A stretch of DNA of 10,812 bases from an archaeon (GCA_024274695.1 JAJSAI010000008.1:1-10812), one strand, 5' to 3'. Shown: positions 1 to 7,233, counted from the stretch's first letter. Numbers and translations are program-made. Notes: generated by a model from the letters alone, not told the origin.

Positions 1-7
1 AGAGAGA

Positions 8-637
8 ATGATAGAAAGGGCTGACGTTAACGGGTGCCCTCAAGTAGGCCTTTTCGCAGTGGCGAACAACGACTACGCAGTAGTCTCAGCCCTGACGCCC
101 CCCTCTTTCCAGGACCTTGTAAGCAGGGTTCTTGGAGTGGACGTTGTCACTGCCACGGTTGACGAGACAGGGCTCATAGGCTTGTTCTGCGCGGCCAATT
201 CCAAGAAGGTCTTCCTCCCGAAGACCGCGCTCCCCGAGGAAAAAAAGGTCTTTGAAGACGTTTTCCAGGAAGTAATAGTCGTGGAGTCAAAGTACACTGC
301 CCTCGGTAACCTGATGGCCTTGAACGACAAGGGCATGATAGTGAGCAAGTACATCGCGGAGAGCGTTCCAGAGGGCGTGAGGATGAAAATAGCAGGGTCT
401 GACCTGGTGGGCTCGGTCCTGTACGCCAACAACAAAGGATTCCTGGTCCACCCTGAATCTAATGATGCTGAGATCCGGGAAATAGAAAAAATACTCGGGG
501 TCCCGGGAGACGTTGGGACCGTGAACTTCGGAGACCCATTCGTGAAGTCAGGCTTGCTGGGTAACGACAAGGGCCTGCTGGTGGGCTCGGCCACCACAGG
601 GCCCGAGATGATGAGAATAGACGACGTGTTCGGGTGA
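8..637 (+). CDS. eif6: Translation initiation factor 6 (aIF6), ribosome anti-association factor
   Basis: IF6 family motifs: N-terminal G-x-P-x-VGLF-x-x-ANN, ALGNLMALNDKG, LVGS...NNKGFLVHP, GTVNFG...SGLLGNDKGLLVGSATTGPE-x-x-RI. Lies upstream of pfdA-ftsY, as in the conserved archaeal cluster. Confidence 0.96.
   Translation: MIERADVNGCPQVGLFAVANNDYAVVSALTPPSFQDLVSRVLGVDVVTATVDETGLIGLFCAANSKKVFLPKTALPEEKKVFEDVFQEVIVVESKYTALGNLMALNDKGMIVSKYIAESVPEGVRMKIAGSDLVGSVLYANNKGFLVHPESNDAEIREIEKILGVPGDVGTVNFGDPFVKSGLLGNDKGLLVGSATTGPEMMRIDDVFG
632..637 (+). promoter_or_regulatory. Shine-Dalgarno-like GGGTGA for pfdA, overlapping the aIF6 stop codon
   Basis: GGGTGA ends 4 nt before ATG 642 and matches part of the archaeal SD consensus GGAGGTGA. 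Confidence 0.5.
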
Positions 638-641
638 AAAA

Positions 642-1019
642 ATGAACAAAGAAGAGAAAATGATCAGGATCCAGGCCCTGGAACAGCAGGCCGCGGAAGT
701 ACAGCTCAGGATGGAAGAGATCTCCAGGGCAGTAGCAGAAAACCAGCTCACGCTCGCGGCCCTGGAAGAACTTGAAAAGAATGCCAGGACCTTCTCGGCA
801 ATAGGGTCAGGAGTCTACGTTAAAACAAGGGTGGATGACGCTGAGAACGTTCTCATGAGCCTCGGGGAAGACGTTCTCGCGGAATACCCTGTCGGCAAGG
901 TCAAAGAAAAACTGAAGCAGGCCCAGGAAAAGCTTGAAGAAGACCTCCGGCAGTTGTCCGCCCTGTACTCCAGAATAAGAGAGGAGTACTCCGAACTCCT
1001 GCGGGAGGAAGGCGCTTAA
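642..1019 (+). CDS. pfdA: Prefoldin subunit alpha
   Basis: 125 aa. Two coiled-coil helices flank two beta-hairpins (AIGSGVYVKTRV and VLMSLGEDVLAEY), the alpha-class prefoldin layout. Canonical position between eif6 and ftsY. Confidence 0.92.
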   Translation: MNKEEKMIRIQALEQQAAEVQLRMEEISRAVAENQLTLAALEELEKNARTFSAIGSGVYVKTRVDDAENVLMSLGEDVLAEYPVGKVKEKLKQAQEKLEEDLRQLSALYSRIREEYSELLREEGA

Positions 1020-1020
1020 A

Positions 1021-2136
1021 ATGTTCGGAATGCTCAGGAAGAAGATAAAAACGTTCTTCAAGAAGGAAGAGGAAAAGATAGAAGAGAAACTGGAGCAGGC
1101 CCCGGAAGAAGAGGCTGTAGAGGAACCCGCAGGCCCGGAGCAGATTGTCCAGGAAGAGCCTGAGAAAAAAACGCAACCCTCTGCTGGTAAGAGGCCTGCC
1201 GGGAAAAAGGCTGAAAAGAAGACCAGGAAGGAGAAGGACTCAGAAAAGGAGAAGAAGGTCAGACTCGCCGCGCGGGTGAAAAAGAGGATAGCGCGCAGGA
1301 TAAGGATAAAAGAAGAGGACATCGCGCCCCTGCTGGAAGACTTCGAGCTGGAACTTCTTGAGGCTGACGTGGCCCTGGAGACCGCAGAGGAGATCGTGAA
1401 AAAGCTCAGGGAAAAGCTGGTTGGCAAGGAGATAACATCCAAGGAAACGATATCCGGGACTGTTGAGAAAGCGCTGAGGGAAACCCTGCTGGAAATACTT
1501 CCTGCTCCTGACAAGGTCAAACTGGAGGGAGGCAAGCCGTTCGTTATAATGGTCGTGGGCCCCAACGGGCACGGGAAGACCACGACCATCGTGAAGCTGG
1601 CGAAGAAACTGCAGGACAAGGGCAAGAAGGTGGTCATAGCAGCCGCGGACACGTTCAGGGCGGCCAGCATAGAACAACTCGAGACCCTGGCCGGGAGGAT
1701 AGGCGTTAGAGTGATAAAGCACGATTACGGCGCAGACCCTGCGGCAGTATGCTATGACGCGATAGCCCACGCCAAGGCAAGAGGCCTTGACTACGTGATA
1801 CTGGACACCGCAGGCCGGTCAGAACTTAACAAGAACCTGATGGAAGAGCTCAGGAAAATAGAAAGGGTCGCGAAACCGGACCTGAAAGTGTACGTTGGAG
1901 AATCCCTGGCAGGAAACGCCGCGGTGGAGGAAGCCAAGAACTTTGACAAGGCAGTGGACTTTGACGGCATAATAATGACAAAAGCAGACTGCGACGTGAA
2001 GGGAGGGAGCATAATATCAGTGGCCCACGCCACCGGAAAGCCTGTGCTCTGGCTAGGGGTGGGCCAGGGCCTGGACGACCTGGAAGAGTTCACTCCAGAA
2101 AAACTTGTTGACAGGATACTGGGTGAAGACGATTGA
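1021..2136 (+). CDS. ftsY: Signal recognition particle receptor FtsY
   Basis: N-terminal amphipathic MFGMLRKKIKTFF and a charged linker, then LLEADVA, GPNGHGKTTT (G1), DTFRAA, DPAAV, DTAGR (G3), TKAD (G4) and GVGQ...DL. No M domain. Confidence 0.97.
   Translation: MFGMLRKKIKTFFKKEEEKIEEKLEQAPEEEAVEEPAGPEQIVQEEPEKKTQPSAGKRPAGKKAEKKTRKEKDSEKEKKVRLAARVKKRIARRIRIKEEDIAPLLEDFELELLEADVALETAEEIVKKLREKLVGKEITSKETISGTVEKALRETLLEILPAPDKVKLEGGKPFVIMVVGPNGHGKTTTIVKLAKKLQDKGKKVVIAAADTFRAASIEQLETLAGRIGVRVIKHDYGADPAAVCYDAIAHAKARGLDYVILDTAGRSELNKNLMEELRKIERVAKPDLKVYVGESLAGNAAVEEAKNFDKAVDFDGIIMTKADCDVKGGSIISVAHATGKPVLWLGVGQGLDDLEEFTPEKLVDRILGEDD
2121..2126 (+). promoter_or_regulatory. Shine-Dalgarno-like GGGTGA for srp54
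   Basis: Ends 6 nt before TTG 2133, which overlaps the ftsY stop (TTGA). Confidence 0.45.
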
Positions 2137-3455
2137 TAAACAAGATGAGGGAAATCCTGTCCAGGATAACCAGGGCAGGAGTGCTTGACAAGAAACAAGT
2201 AGAAGAGATAGTCAGGGACATTCAGAGGACCCTGATAACAGCAGACGTTAACGTAAAACTTGTTAAAGAAGTTTCAGAAAGAATAAAAAAGAGGGCCCTG
2301 GAGGAGAAGCTCCCTGCTGGGGTGAGCAGGAGAGAGCACCTGATAAGAATAATCTACGACGAGCTCGTGGGAATACTCGGAGGAGAAAAATACTCTCCGA
2401 GGATGGAAAGACACAAGATTCTCCTGGTCGGCCTTTTCGGTTCAGGAAAAACCACCATGGTGGGGAAGCTCGCGAGGTACTATCTTAAGAGGGGAATGAG
2501 CGTTGCGGCGATAACCACGGACACATGGAGGCCCGCGGCCTACGAGCAGCTCCAGCAGATCGGGCAAGCAGTAGGCTTCCCTGTCCTGGGAGGAAAAGGA
2601 GAAGACGCGGTCAAGATCCTGGAAGAGAGCCTGAAAAAGCACAAGGGACAGGACATTCTCATAGTAGACTCCGCGGGCCGGGACAGCCTCAGCGACGATC
2701 TCATACGAGAAATAAAAGAAATAAAAGAGATACTGCAGCCTGACGAGGTCTTTCTCGTGATCTCCGCGGACATAGGCCAGACCGCTTCAAAACAAGCACA
2801 GGCATTCAACGACGCTGTCGGGCTCACGGGAGTCATCGTGACAAAAACAGACTCCAGCGGCAGGGCCGGAGGAGCCCTGTCAGCATGCCGGCAGGCAGGA
2901 GTCCCGGTAGCGTTCATAAGCACGGGAGAAAAACCAGAAGACTTTGAGGTGTTCAACGCCGAAAAGTTCGTGAGCCGCCTCCTCGGTTTCCCTGACCTCG
3001 GGGAACTGCTTAAGAAAGTTCAGGAAGCCGTTGAAGAGTCGGAATTCTCGCCGGAGGACCTGTTAAAACAGGAGTACAACCTGCGCACGTTCTACAAGCA
3101 GCTTGAGGCAATGAAAAAAATGGGGCCCCTGAAAAAAGTCCTTGAAATGCTCGGGGCAGCCAGCGTTCCCAAGGAAATGGTGGAAGAGAGTGAGGAAAAA
3201 CTGCGGACGTTCAAGGTAATAATGGACAGCATGACCAAAGAAGAACTAGAACACCCCGAGATAATCAAGAGCAGCAGGATAAAAAGAATAGCAAGAGGCT
3301 CTGGCAAGAGCGAGAAAGAAGTCAGGGAACTGCTCAAGCAGTACGAGATGAGCAAGAAAATGATCAAGAAAATAAAGAAAGGCAAGTTCAGAGGAATCCC
3401 TGGAATGAAGGGCCTGAAAGGAATTCCTGGAATGCCCCCGGGGATGATGAAATAG
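2133..3455 (+). CDS. srp54: Signal recognition particle protein SRP54 (Ffh); TTG start at 2133, alternative in-frame ATG at 2145
   Basis: NG domain (ADVNVKLV, GLFGSGKTT, DTWRPAAYEQL, DSAGR, TKTD, TGEK, FVSRLLG) plus M domain (KKMGPLKKVLEMLG, IMDSMTKEE, SRIKRIARGSG) and a Gly/Met-rich tail. Confidence 0.97.
   Translation: MINKMREILSRITRAGVLDKKQVEEIVRDIQRTLITADVNVKLVKEVSERIKKRALEEKLPAGVSRREHLIRIIYDELVGILGGEKYSPRMERHKILLVGLFGSGKTTMVGKLARYYLKRGMSVAAITTDTWRPAAYEQLQQIGQAVGFPVLGGKGEDAVKILEESLKKHKGQDILIVDSAGRDSLSDDLIREIKEIKEILQPDEVFLVISADIGQTASKQAQAFNDAVGLTGVIVTKTDSSGRAGGALSACRQAGVPVAFISTGEKPEDFEVFNAEKFVSRLLGFPDLGELLKKVQEAVEESEFSPEDLLKQEYNLRTFYKQLEAMKKMGPLKKVLEMLGAASVPKEMVEESEEKLRTFKVIMDSMTKEELEHPEIIKSSRIKRIARGSGKSEKEVRELLKQYEMSKKMIKKIKKGKFRGIPGMKGLKGIPGMPPGMMK
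3392..3434 (+). repeat. Short direct repeat in the srp54 3' end (GIPGM x2)
   Basis: AGGAATCCCTGGAATG (3392-3407) and AGGAATTCCTGGAATG (3419-3434) are 15/16 identical, with a 27-nt period. Confidence 0.75.
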
Positions 3456-3475
3456 GATCGCGCGCAGGCGCCCTC

Positions 3476-3484
3476 TTTTTATAT
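3476..3484 (+). promoter_or_regulatory. Putative archaeal TATA box for the orphan locus, probably a leaderless or near-leaderless transcript
   Basis: TTTTTATAT in an intergenic gap. The TTTATA core ends at 3483, about 25 nt before ATG 3509, and there is no SD in between. Confidence 0.6.
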
Positions 3485-3508
3485 CCTTCAAAAGCGTAAA
3501 ATACTCTG

Positions 3509-4600
3509 ATGAATCCTGAAGAAATGAAGAAGGCTAGGGAAAGGCTTGAAAAGCTCAGGGGAATGCTGAAGATCGTTAACACCCTCCCAGGAGGCAGGGC
3601 ACTCCGCCACCTGGATGAAATAAGAAGGGCTAGGAGGGCCAGGCTCAGACGAGAGCAGAAGGCAGCAGAGGATCTTGCAAGCGAAGAAGAAAGGACCAGG
3701 GCAGAAAGAATAGCAGAGGGCCTGGAAGCAGCATCAGAACTGCTCAAGAACGCCGTGGAAAGAGGGGAACTGAGGCATGCTGAAGAACTCCTGGACAAGA
3801 TGAAAATGCTTTCAGAGTTCCTGAAAGAAGAGCCCGAGCAGATCCGCAACCCTCTTGTCCTCCGAGAGCTGAGGGAAGCCTCAGAGCACCTGAGCATGCT
3901 TCCGGAAATGATCCCGCAGGAACTGGTTGAAGAAGAGGCCAGAAGAGCAGGAGTGCCGGAAAAAGTCAGCGTGAAAAGAGACCTACTAGAGCACGGGGGC
4001 CCGAGGCAGTGGACTACAATCCCGTGGCCTCTCCCCAGTCATACCTTGTCTCCACGAAGGGCGTGAAACCGTTCAGCCGCATGGAACTCCGCACAGAACT
4101 GGGCAAAGGAGCCGAACCTGAGACCGGCACGCTCTACTACTCTCCTGACAGCGTGCTCGCGCACGAGGCCCAGCACGCCAAGAACTACCGGGTCAATAGA
4201 ACAGAAGCCGGGCGTGGAAACGCTTGACGAGTACCTTGCTTTCCTGGCCATGGCGTGGAAGAACGAGTTCGACGCCAGGAGAGCGTGGGCCCTTCATTCA
4301 GGGTTTCCCGGAAGCCCCCACGAGACCGGCGCAAGGCTCGCGGTCGTGTCCAAGGAACTCGGCCTCAGGCCGGAGGACGTGCTCAAGGCGAAAAGAAGGG
4401 GAGAGTCTGACGAAGAATTCCAGGAAAGAGTTCTCAAGATCATGCGCAGGGCAGAACAGGAGTACAAGGCCCTCAGGAAGGATTACGAGCAGAGGAAGAA
4501 GAGCGCGAGGGGCCCGGGAGAAAAGCAGAGGCTGGAGCTCGAGTTCAGGCAAAGGCTTCGGGAGTACGGGCAAAAGGTCAGGAGAAGATTGGAAGAGTGA
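3509..4600 (+). pseudogene. Doubly frameshifted gene for a ~363-aa putative zinc metallopeptidase-like (HExxH...E) protein with charged helical termini; either pseudogene, recoded gene or sequencing error
   Basis: ORFs 3509-4066 (frame 2), 4009-4227 (frame 1, open from 3931) and 4214-4600 (frame 2, open from 4067) overlap. VLAHEAQH lies in frame 1 and LDEYLA follows shortly in frame 2. The span is 1092 nt = 364 codons, with one upstream TATA box. Confidence 0.6.
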
Positions 4601-4611
4601 CAGGTCCAGCG

Positions 4612-4619
4612 TTTTTATA
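4612..4619 (+). promoter_or_regulatory. Putative archaeal TATA box for the trmY-pus10-peptidase unit
   Basis: TTTTTATA ending at 4619, about 24 nt before ATG 4643, with no SD. Confidence 0.6.
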
Positions 4620-4642
4620 CGCGGTGGGCGTAATGTTTTCTC

Positions 4643-5155
4643 ATGAGGACTTTCGTGCTCGTGCTAGAAAAAGACCTTCCGGGCAGCATAAACTTGAACA
4701 ACCTTTCGGAGCACAGGATTGACGTCTTGTGCAGGGTCATGACAAGCGCGTTCTATCTTGACAACGACTTCAGGAGGGACGTGAAGCTAATAATAAAAGC
4801 GAACAACGTGGTGCTGGAGCTTGACGGAAGCAGGCTGAAGGGAGTAAGGCCGGACGAGAGAACGAACGCGGGAATACTCAGGAAGGTGCTGTCAGGAGGA
4901 AGCCAGCCTGGGATAAGAGCACTGCCTGAGTACGTGATACCAGAGCACGCGTTCTGGCTTGACATGGCAGGAGAATACTACAAGGACAAAGACCCTGGCC
5001 AGGACCCAGTGTTCGTGGTAGGCGGAGAAAAGGGAATGACCGTCCCGGAGAACGCTAATAAAATAAGCCTGGGTAAAAAGAGTTACCTTGCCAGCCACTG
5101 CGTGACCATACTCAACCACTGGATGGACGTGAGGGAATGGAGTACAAGAAAGTGA
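4643..5155 (+). CDS. trmY: tRNA (pseudouridine54-N1)-methyltransferase TrmY, SPOUT family
   Basis: Motifs RIDVLCR...SAFYL...RRDV, PDER, FVVG, and C-terminal ISLG..SYLASHCVTILNHWMD. Overlaps pus10, which makes its substrate. Confidence 0.9.
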   Translation: MRTFVLVLEKDLPGSINLNNLSEHRIDVLCRVMTSAFYLDNDFRRDVKLIIKANNVVLELDGSRLKGVRPDERTNAGILRKVLSGGSQPGIRALPEYVIPEHAFWLDMAGEYYKDKDPGQDPVFVVGGEKGMTVPENANKISLGKKSYLASHCVTILNHWMDVREWSTRK

Positions 5156-6396
5156 GGGAATACCTGCTCGAGAACGGGGCGTGCGACCACTGTATTGGCA
5201 GGCAGTTCAGAGAAAAGTTCAGGGGACACGAGTCAGCAGAAATAGGAGCGGCGGTCAGAAGAGCAGGCTCTCTTGAAGAAGTTGAAGGCCTTTTAGGGAA
5301 AGACCTTCCAGTGAAAGAAGGGTGCAGGTACTGCGACAGCATCTTCTCCATGATGCCCGGGCTCGTGGAAAAAGCAGAAGAAAAGGCCAGGGGTTGGGAG
5401 CATGATACCTTCCTGATGGGCTGCAGGATCCCAGAGGACCTCATCATACTAGAAGAAAAGATGTGGGAGAACATAGGCGCTGAGTACTGCGAGCCCCTGA
5501 AGCGAGAGGCGAACAGGCTCGCCGGGAAAACGTACTCAGAACACACTGGAAAGAAGGCGGAGTTCGTCTACCCGGACATTTCCTTCGTGCTCGACTACGT
5601 TAACAACAACGTGGAAATGACTGTGCACAGCCTTTACGTTTACGGGAGGTACCAGAAGCTCGTGAGGGGTATCCCTCAGACAAGGTGGCCGTGCAGGGAG
5701 TGCGGCGGCACCGGAAAGTACGTGGACGCGTTCGGTCAGGAGAAGCCCTGCCCCAAGTGCAAGGGGCTTGGGAAAATGTACCCTGAATCAGTGGAGGAAC
5801 TGATAGGGGAGAAGATGAAGGAGTACTTCCAGGCCGAGGACGCGGTGCTCCACGGTTCAGGGAGAGAGGATATTGACGCGAGGATGCTGGGTAACGGAAG
5901 GCCTTTCGTGATGGAGCTCGTGAAGCCCAGGAAAAGAAGCTTTGATCCCGCGGAACTCGAGCGGCTCATAAATTCTGACAAGGTCAGGGTGACTGGCCTG
6001 AGAAAGTCGAGCAAGCAGGAGCTCGTGCAGCTCAAGGCAGCAGAGTACAGAAAGAAGTATCTCGCGGTGATAGAATTCTCAGAACCCGTGTTCTGGGAAG
6101 AGCTCCATAGGATAGAAAAAGCGTTCGACGGCAAGGTGATCAAGCAGAGAACTCCCCTGCGGGTGGCGCACAGGCGGCCTGACAAGATAAGAAAGAGAAA
6201 GGTTTTCCAGGTCAGGTTCACCGGGCTCGAGGGGAACACCGCTACCGCGGAGATTCTGACGGCCTCGGGAACGTACGTTAAAGAACTTGTGTCAGGAGAC
6301 CAGGGCCGGACTGTCCCTTCCTTCTCCTCGGTGATCGGGAAAGAGTGCAGGGTGAAGGAACTGGACGTGCTAGAGGTGATTGACGAGAATGCTTGA
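5137..6396 (+). CDS. pus10: tRNA pseudouridine(54/55) synthase Pus10
   Basis: N-terminal CDHCIGRQF and CRYC zinc site, GRYQKLVRGIPQTRW, SVEELI, catalytic HGSGREDIDARMLGNGRPF, QRTPLRVAHRR, GTYVKELVSGD.GRT.PS and LDV. Confidence 0.97.
   Translation: MEYKKVREYLLENGACDHCIGRQFREKFRGHESAEIGAAVRRAGSLEEVEGLLGKDLPVKEGCRYCDSIFSMMPGLVEKAEEKARGWEHDTFLMGCRIPEDLIILEEKMWENIGAEYCEPLKREANRLAGKTYSEHTGKKAEFVYPDISFVLDYVNNNVEMTVHSLYVYGRYQKLVRGIPQTRWPCRECGGTGKYVDAFGQEKPCPKCKGLGKMYPESVEELIGEKMKEYFQAEDAVLHGSGREDIDARMLGNGRPFVMELVKPRKRSFDPAELERLINSDKVRVTGLRKSSKQELVQLKAAEYRKKYLAVIEFSEPVFWEELHRIEKAFDGKVIKQRTPLRVAHRRPDKIRKRKVFQVRFTGLEGNTATAEILTASGTYVKELVSGDQGRTVPSFSSVIGKECRVKELDVLEVIDENA
6373..6380 (+). promoter_or_regulatory. 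Shine-Dalgarno GAGGTGAT for the A24 peptidase
   Basis: Strong archaeal SD match ending 8 nt before ATG 6389. This favours 6389 over the TTG at 6380 as the start. Confidence 0.65.
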
Positions 6397-7228
6397 CAAG
6401 CTCGCGATAGGAGTAGCCCTCGCGGGCACCGGCATCACGGCATGGCAGGACTACAGGACAGGGTACTTGTCCGACAAGATAACCGTGCCAATGATCGGCG
6501 CAGGAGTCCTGCTCGCTCCCTTCATTTTCCCTGACCCAGTGCTGGCGTACGTTACCGCTCTAGGAGTCTTCCTGCTGGGCTTTGCCGGGTACGCCTTCGG
6601 ACAGATCGGCGGCGGGGACGTTCTCCTGTTCACGGCCCTTGCGCTGCTCGTGCCAGGTTCTCTGGCCAACGCGCCCTCGCCCCCATACCCTCCAGTGGTT
6701 TCAGTCTTCCTGATCGCAGGCCTCATAGGCCCCCTGTTCTTCACTCCCCTGAAAACACACTATCGCCTGTACAAGAAAAGAAACGAGATCAAGGACTACT
6801 GGAAGAAGCTGGCCAAGGGTATCCTGCTCGGGTCCATGACCTTCCCCCTGTTCGTGCTATACAGTCAAGTTTCCCCGAGGATATGGCTCCTGGCACCTTT
6901 TTTCGTCCTAGGGTTCTCAATATCCTTTTTCAAGCTTGACGTGCTCAGGCTGTTCTGCCTCAAGGCCAAGAGGGTCAGCGAGGTTGACGAGGAGGAGATA
7001 ATAGCGACAGAGTTCATCCCCGAGCACGTGAGGAAAAAGCTTGGCATAAAACGGAGGACGCTGATAGGCAAGGAGCTCGAGAGAATGAAAGAAAAGGCCT
7101 CGGAAGAGGGAGTGGAAGAAATTCCGGTGTACGAGAACGTTCCAGTGTTCGTGCCGTCAATACTCGCGGCCCTTGTTCTGTACCTTGTTTTCGGGGACGT
7201 GTTCTTCCTGGCAGTATCCCCTGTCTAG
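6389..7228 (+). CDS. Prepilin/pre-archaellin peptidase-like aspartic protease (family A24, FlaK/PibD-like)
   Basis: Multiple hydrophobic segments, first catalytic Asp in AWQDYRTG, GxGD motif IGGGD, and a C-terminal soluble insert followed by VPVFVP and a final TM helix. Confidence 0.88.
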   Translation: MLDKLAIGVALAGTGITAWQDYRTGYLSDKITVPMIGAGVLLAPFIFPDPVLAYVTALGVFLLGFAGYAFGQIGGGDVLLFTALALLVPGSLANAPSPPYPPVVSVFLIAGLIGPLFFTPLKTHYRLYKKRNEIKDYWKKLAKGILLGSMTFPLFVLYSQVSPRIWLLAPFFVLGFSISFFKLDVLRLFCLKAKRVSEVDEEEIIATEFIPEHVRKKLGIKRRTLIGKELERMKEKASEEGVEEIPVYENVPVFVPSILAALVLYLVFGDVFFLAVSPV

Positions 7229-7233
7229 TCCCT

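Noticed and set aside
3392-3434. Direct repeat as a CRISPR remnant or att site
   Set aside because: Only two copies, in frame, encoding the ordinary Gly/Met-rich SRP54 tail.
3456-3508. SRP (7S) RNA or tRNA next to srp54
   Set aside because: The gap is only 53 nt, and no cloverleaf or SRP helix motif is visible.
3988-4036. Bulge-helix-bulge mRNA intron or H-type pseudoknot explaining the first frame change
   Set aside because: The 3-nt CCC bulge lies on the wrong side of the central helix and no clean second bulge forms. The loop lengths do not fit a classic H-type pseudoknot.
4064-4066. TGA readthrough (Sec or reassigned stop) giving a continuous frame-2 ORF 3509-4600
   Set aside because: It is the only frame-2 stop, but the intervening frame-2 peptide is S/T/R/P-rich and lacks the HExxH motif. 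TGA is also a normal stop for eif6, ftsY, trmY, pus10, egsA and GGGPS.
4009-4600. Treating 4009-4227 and 4214-4600 as independent small genes
   Set aside because: Both have GTG starts without a convincing SD and overlap their neighbours, and the split would separate HExxH from its likely third ligand. Disfavoured, but not formally excluded.
4224-4646. 140-aa frame-3 ORF overlapping the orphan 3' end
   Set aside because: R/S/G-rich low-complexity shadow frame that runs through the trmY promoter.
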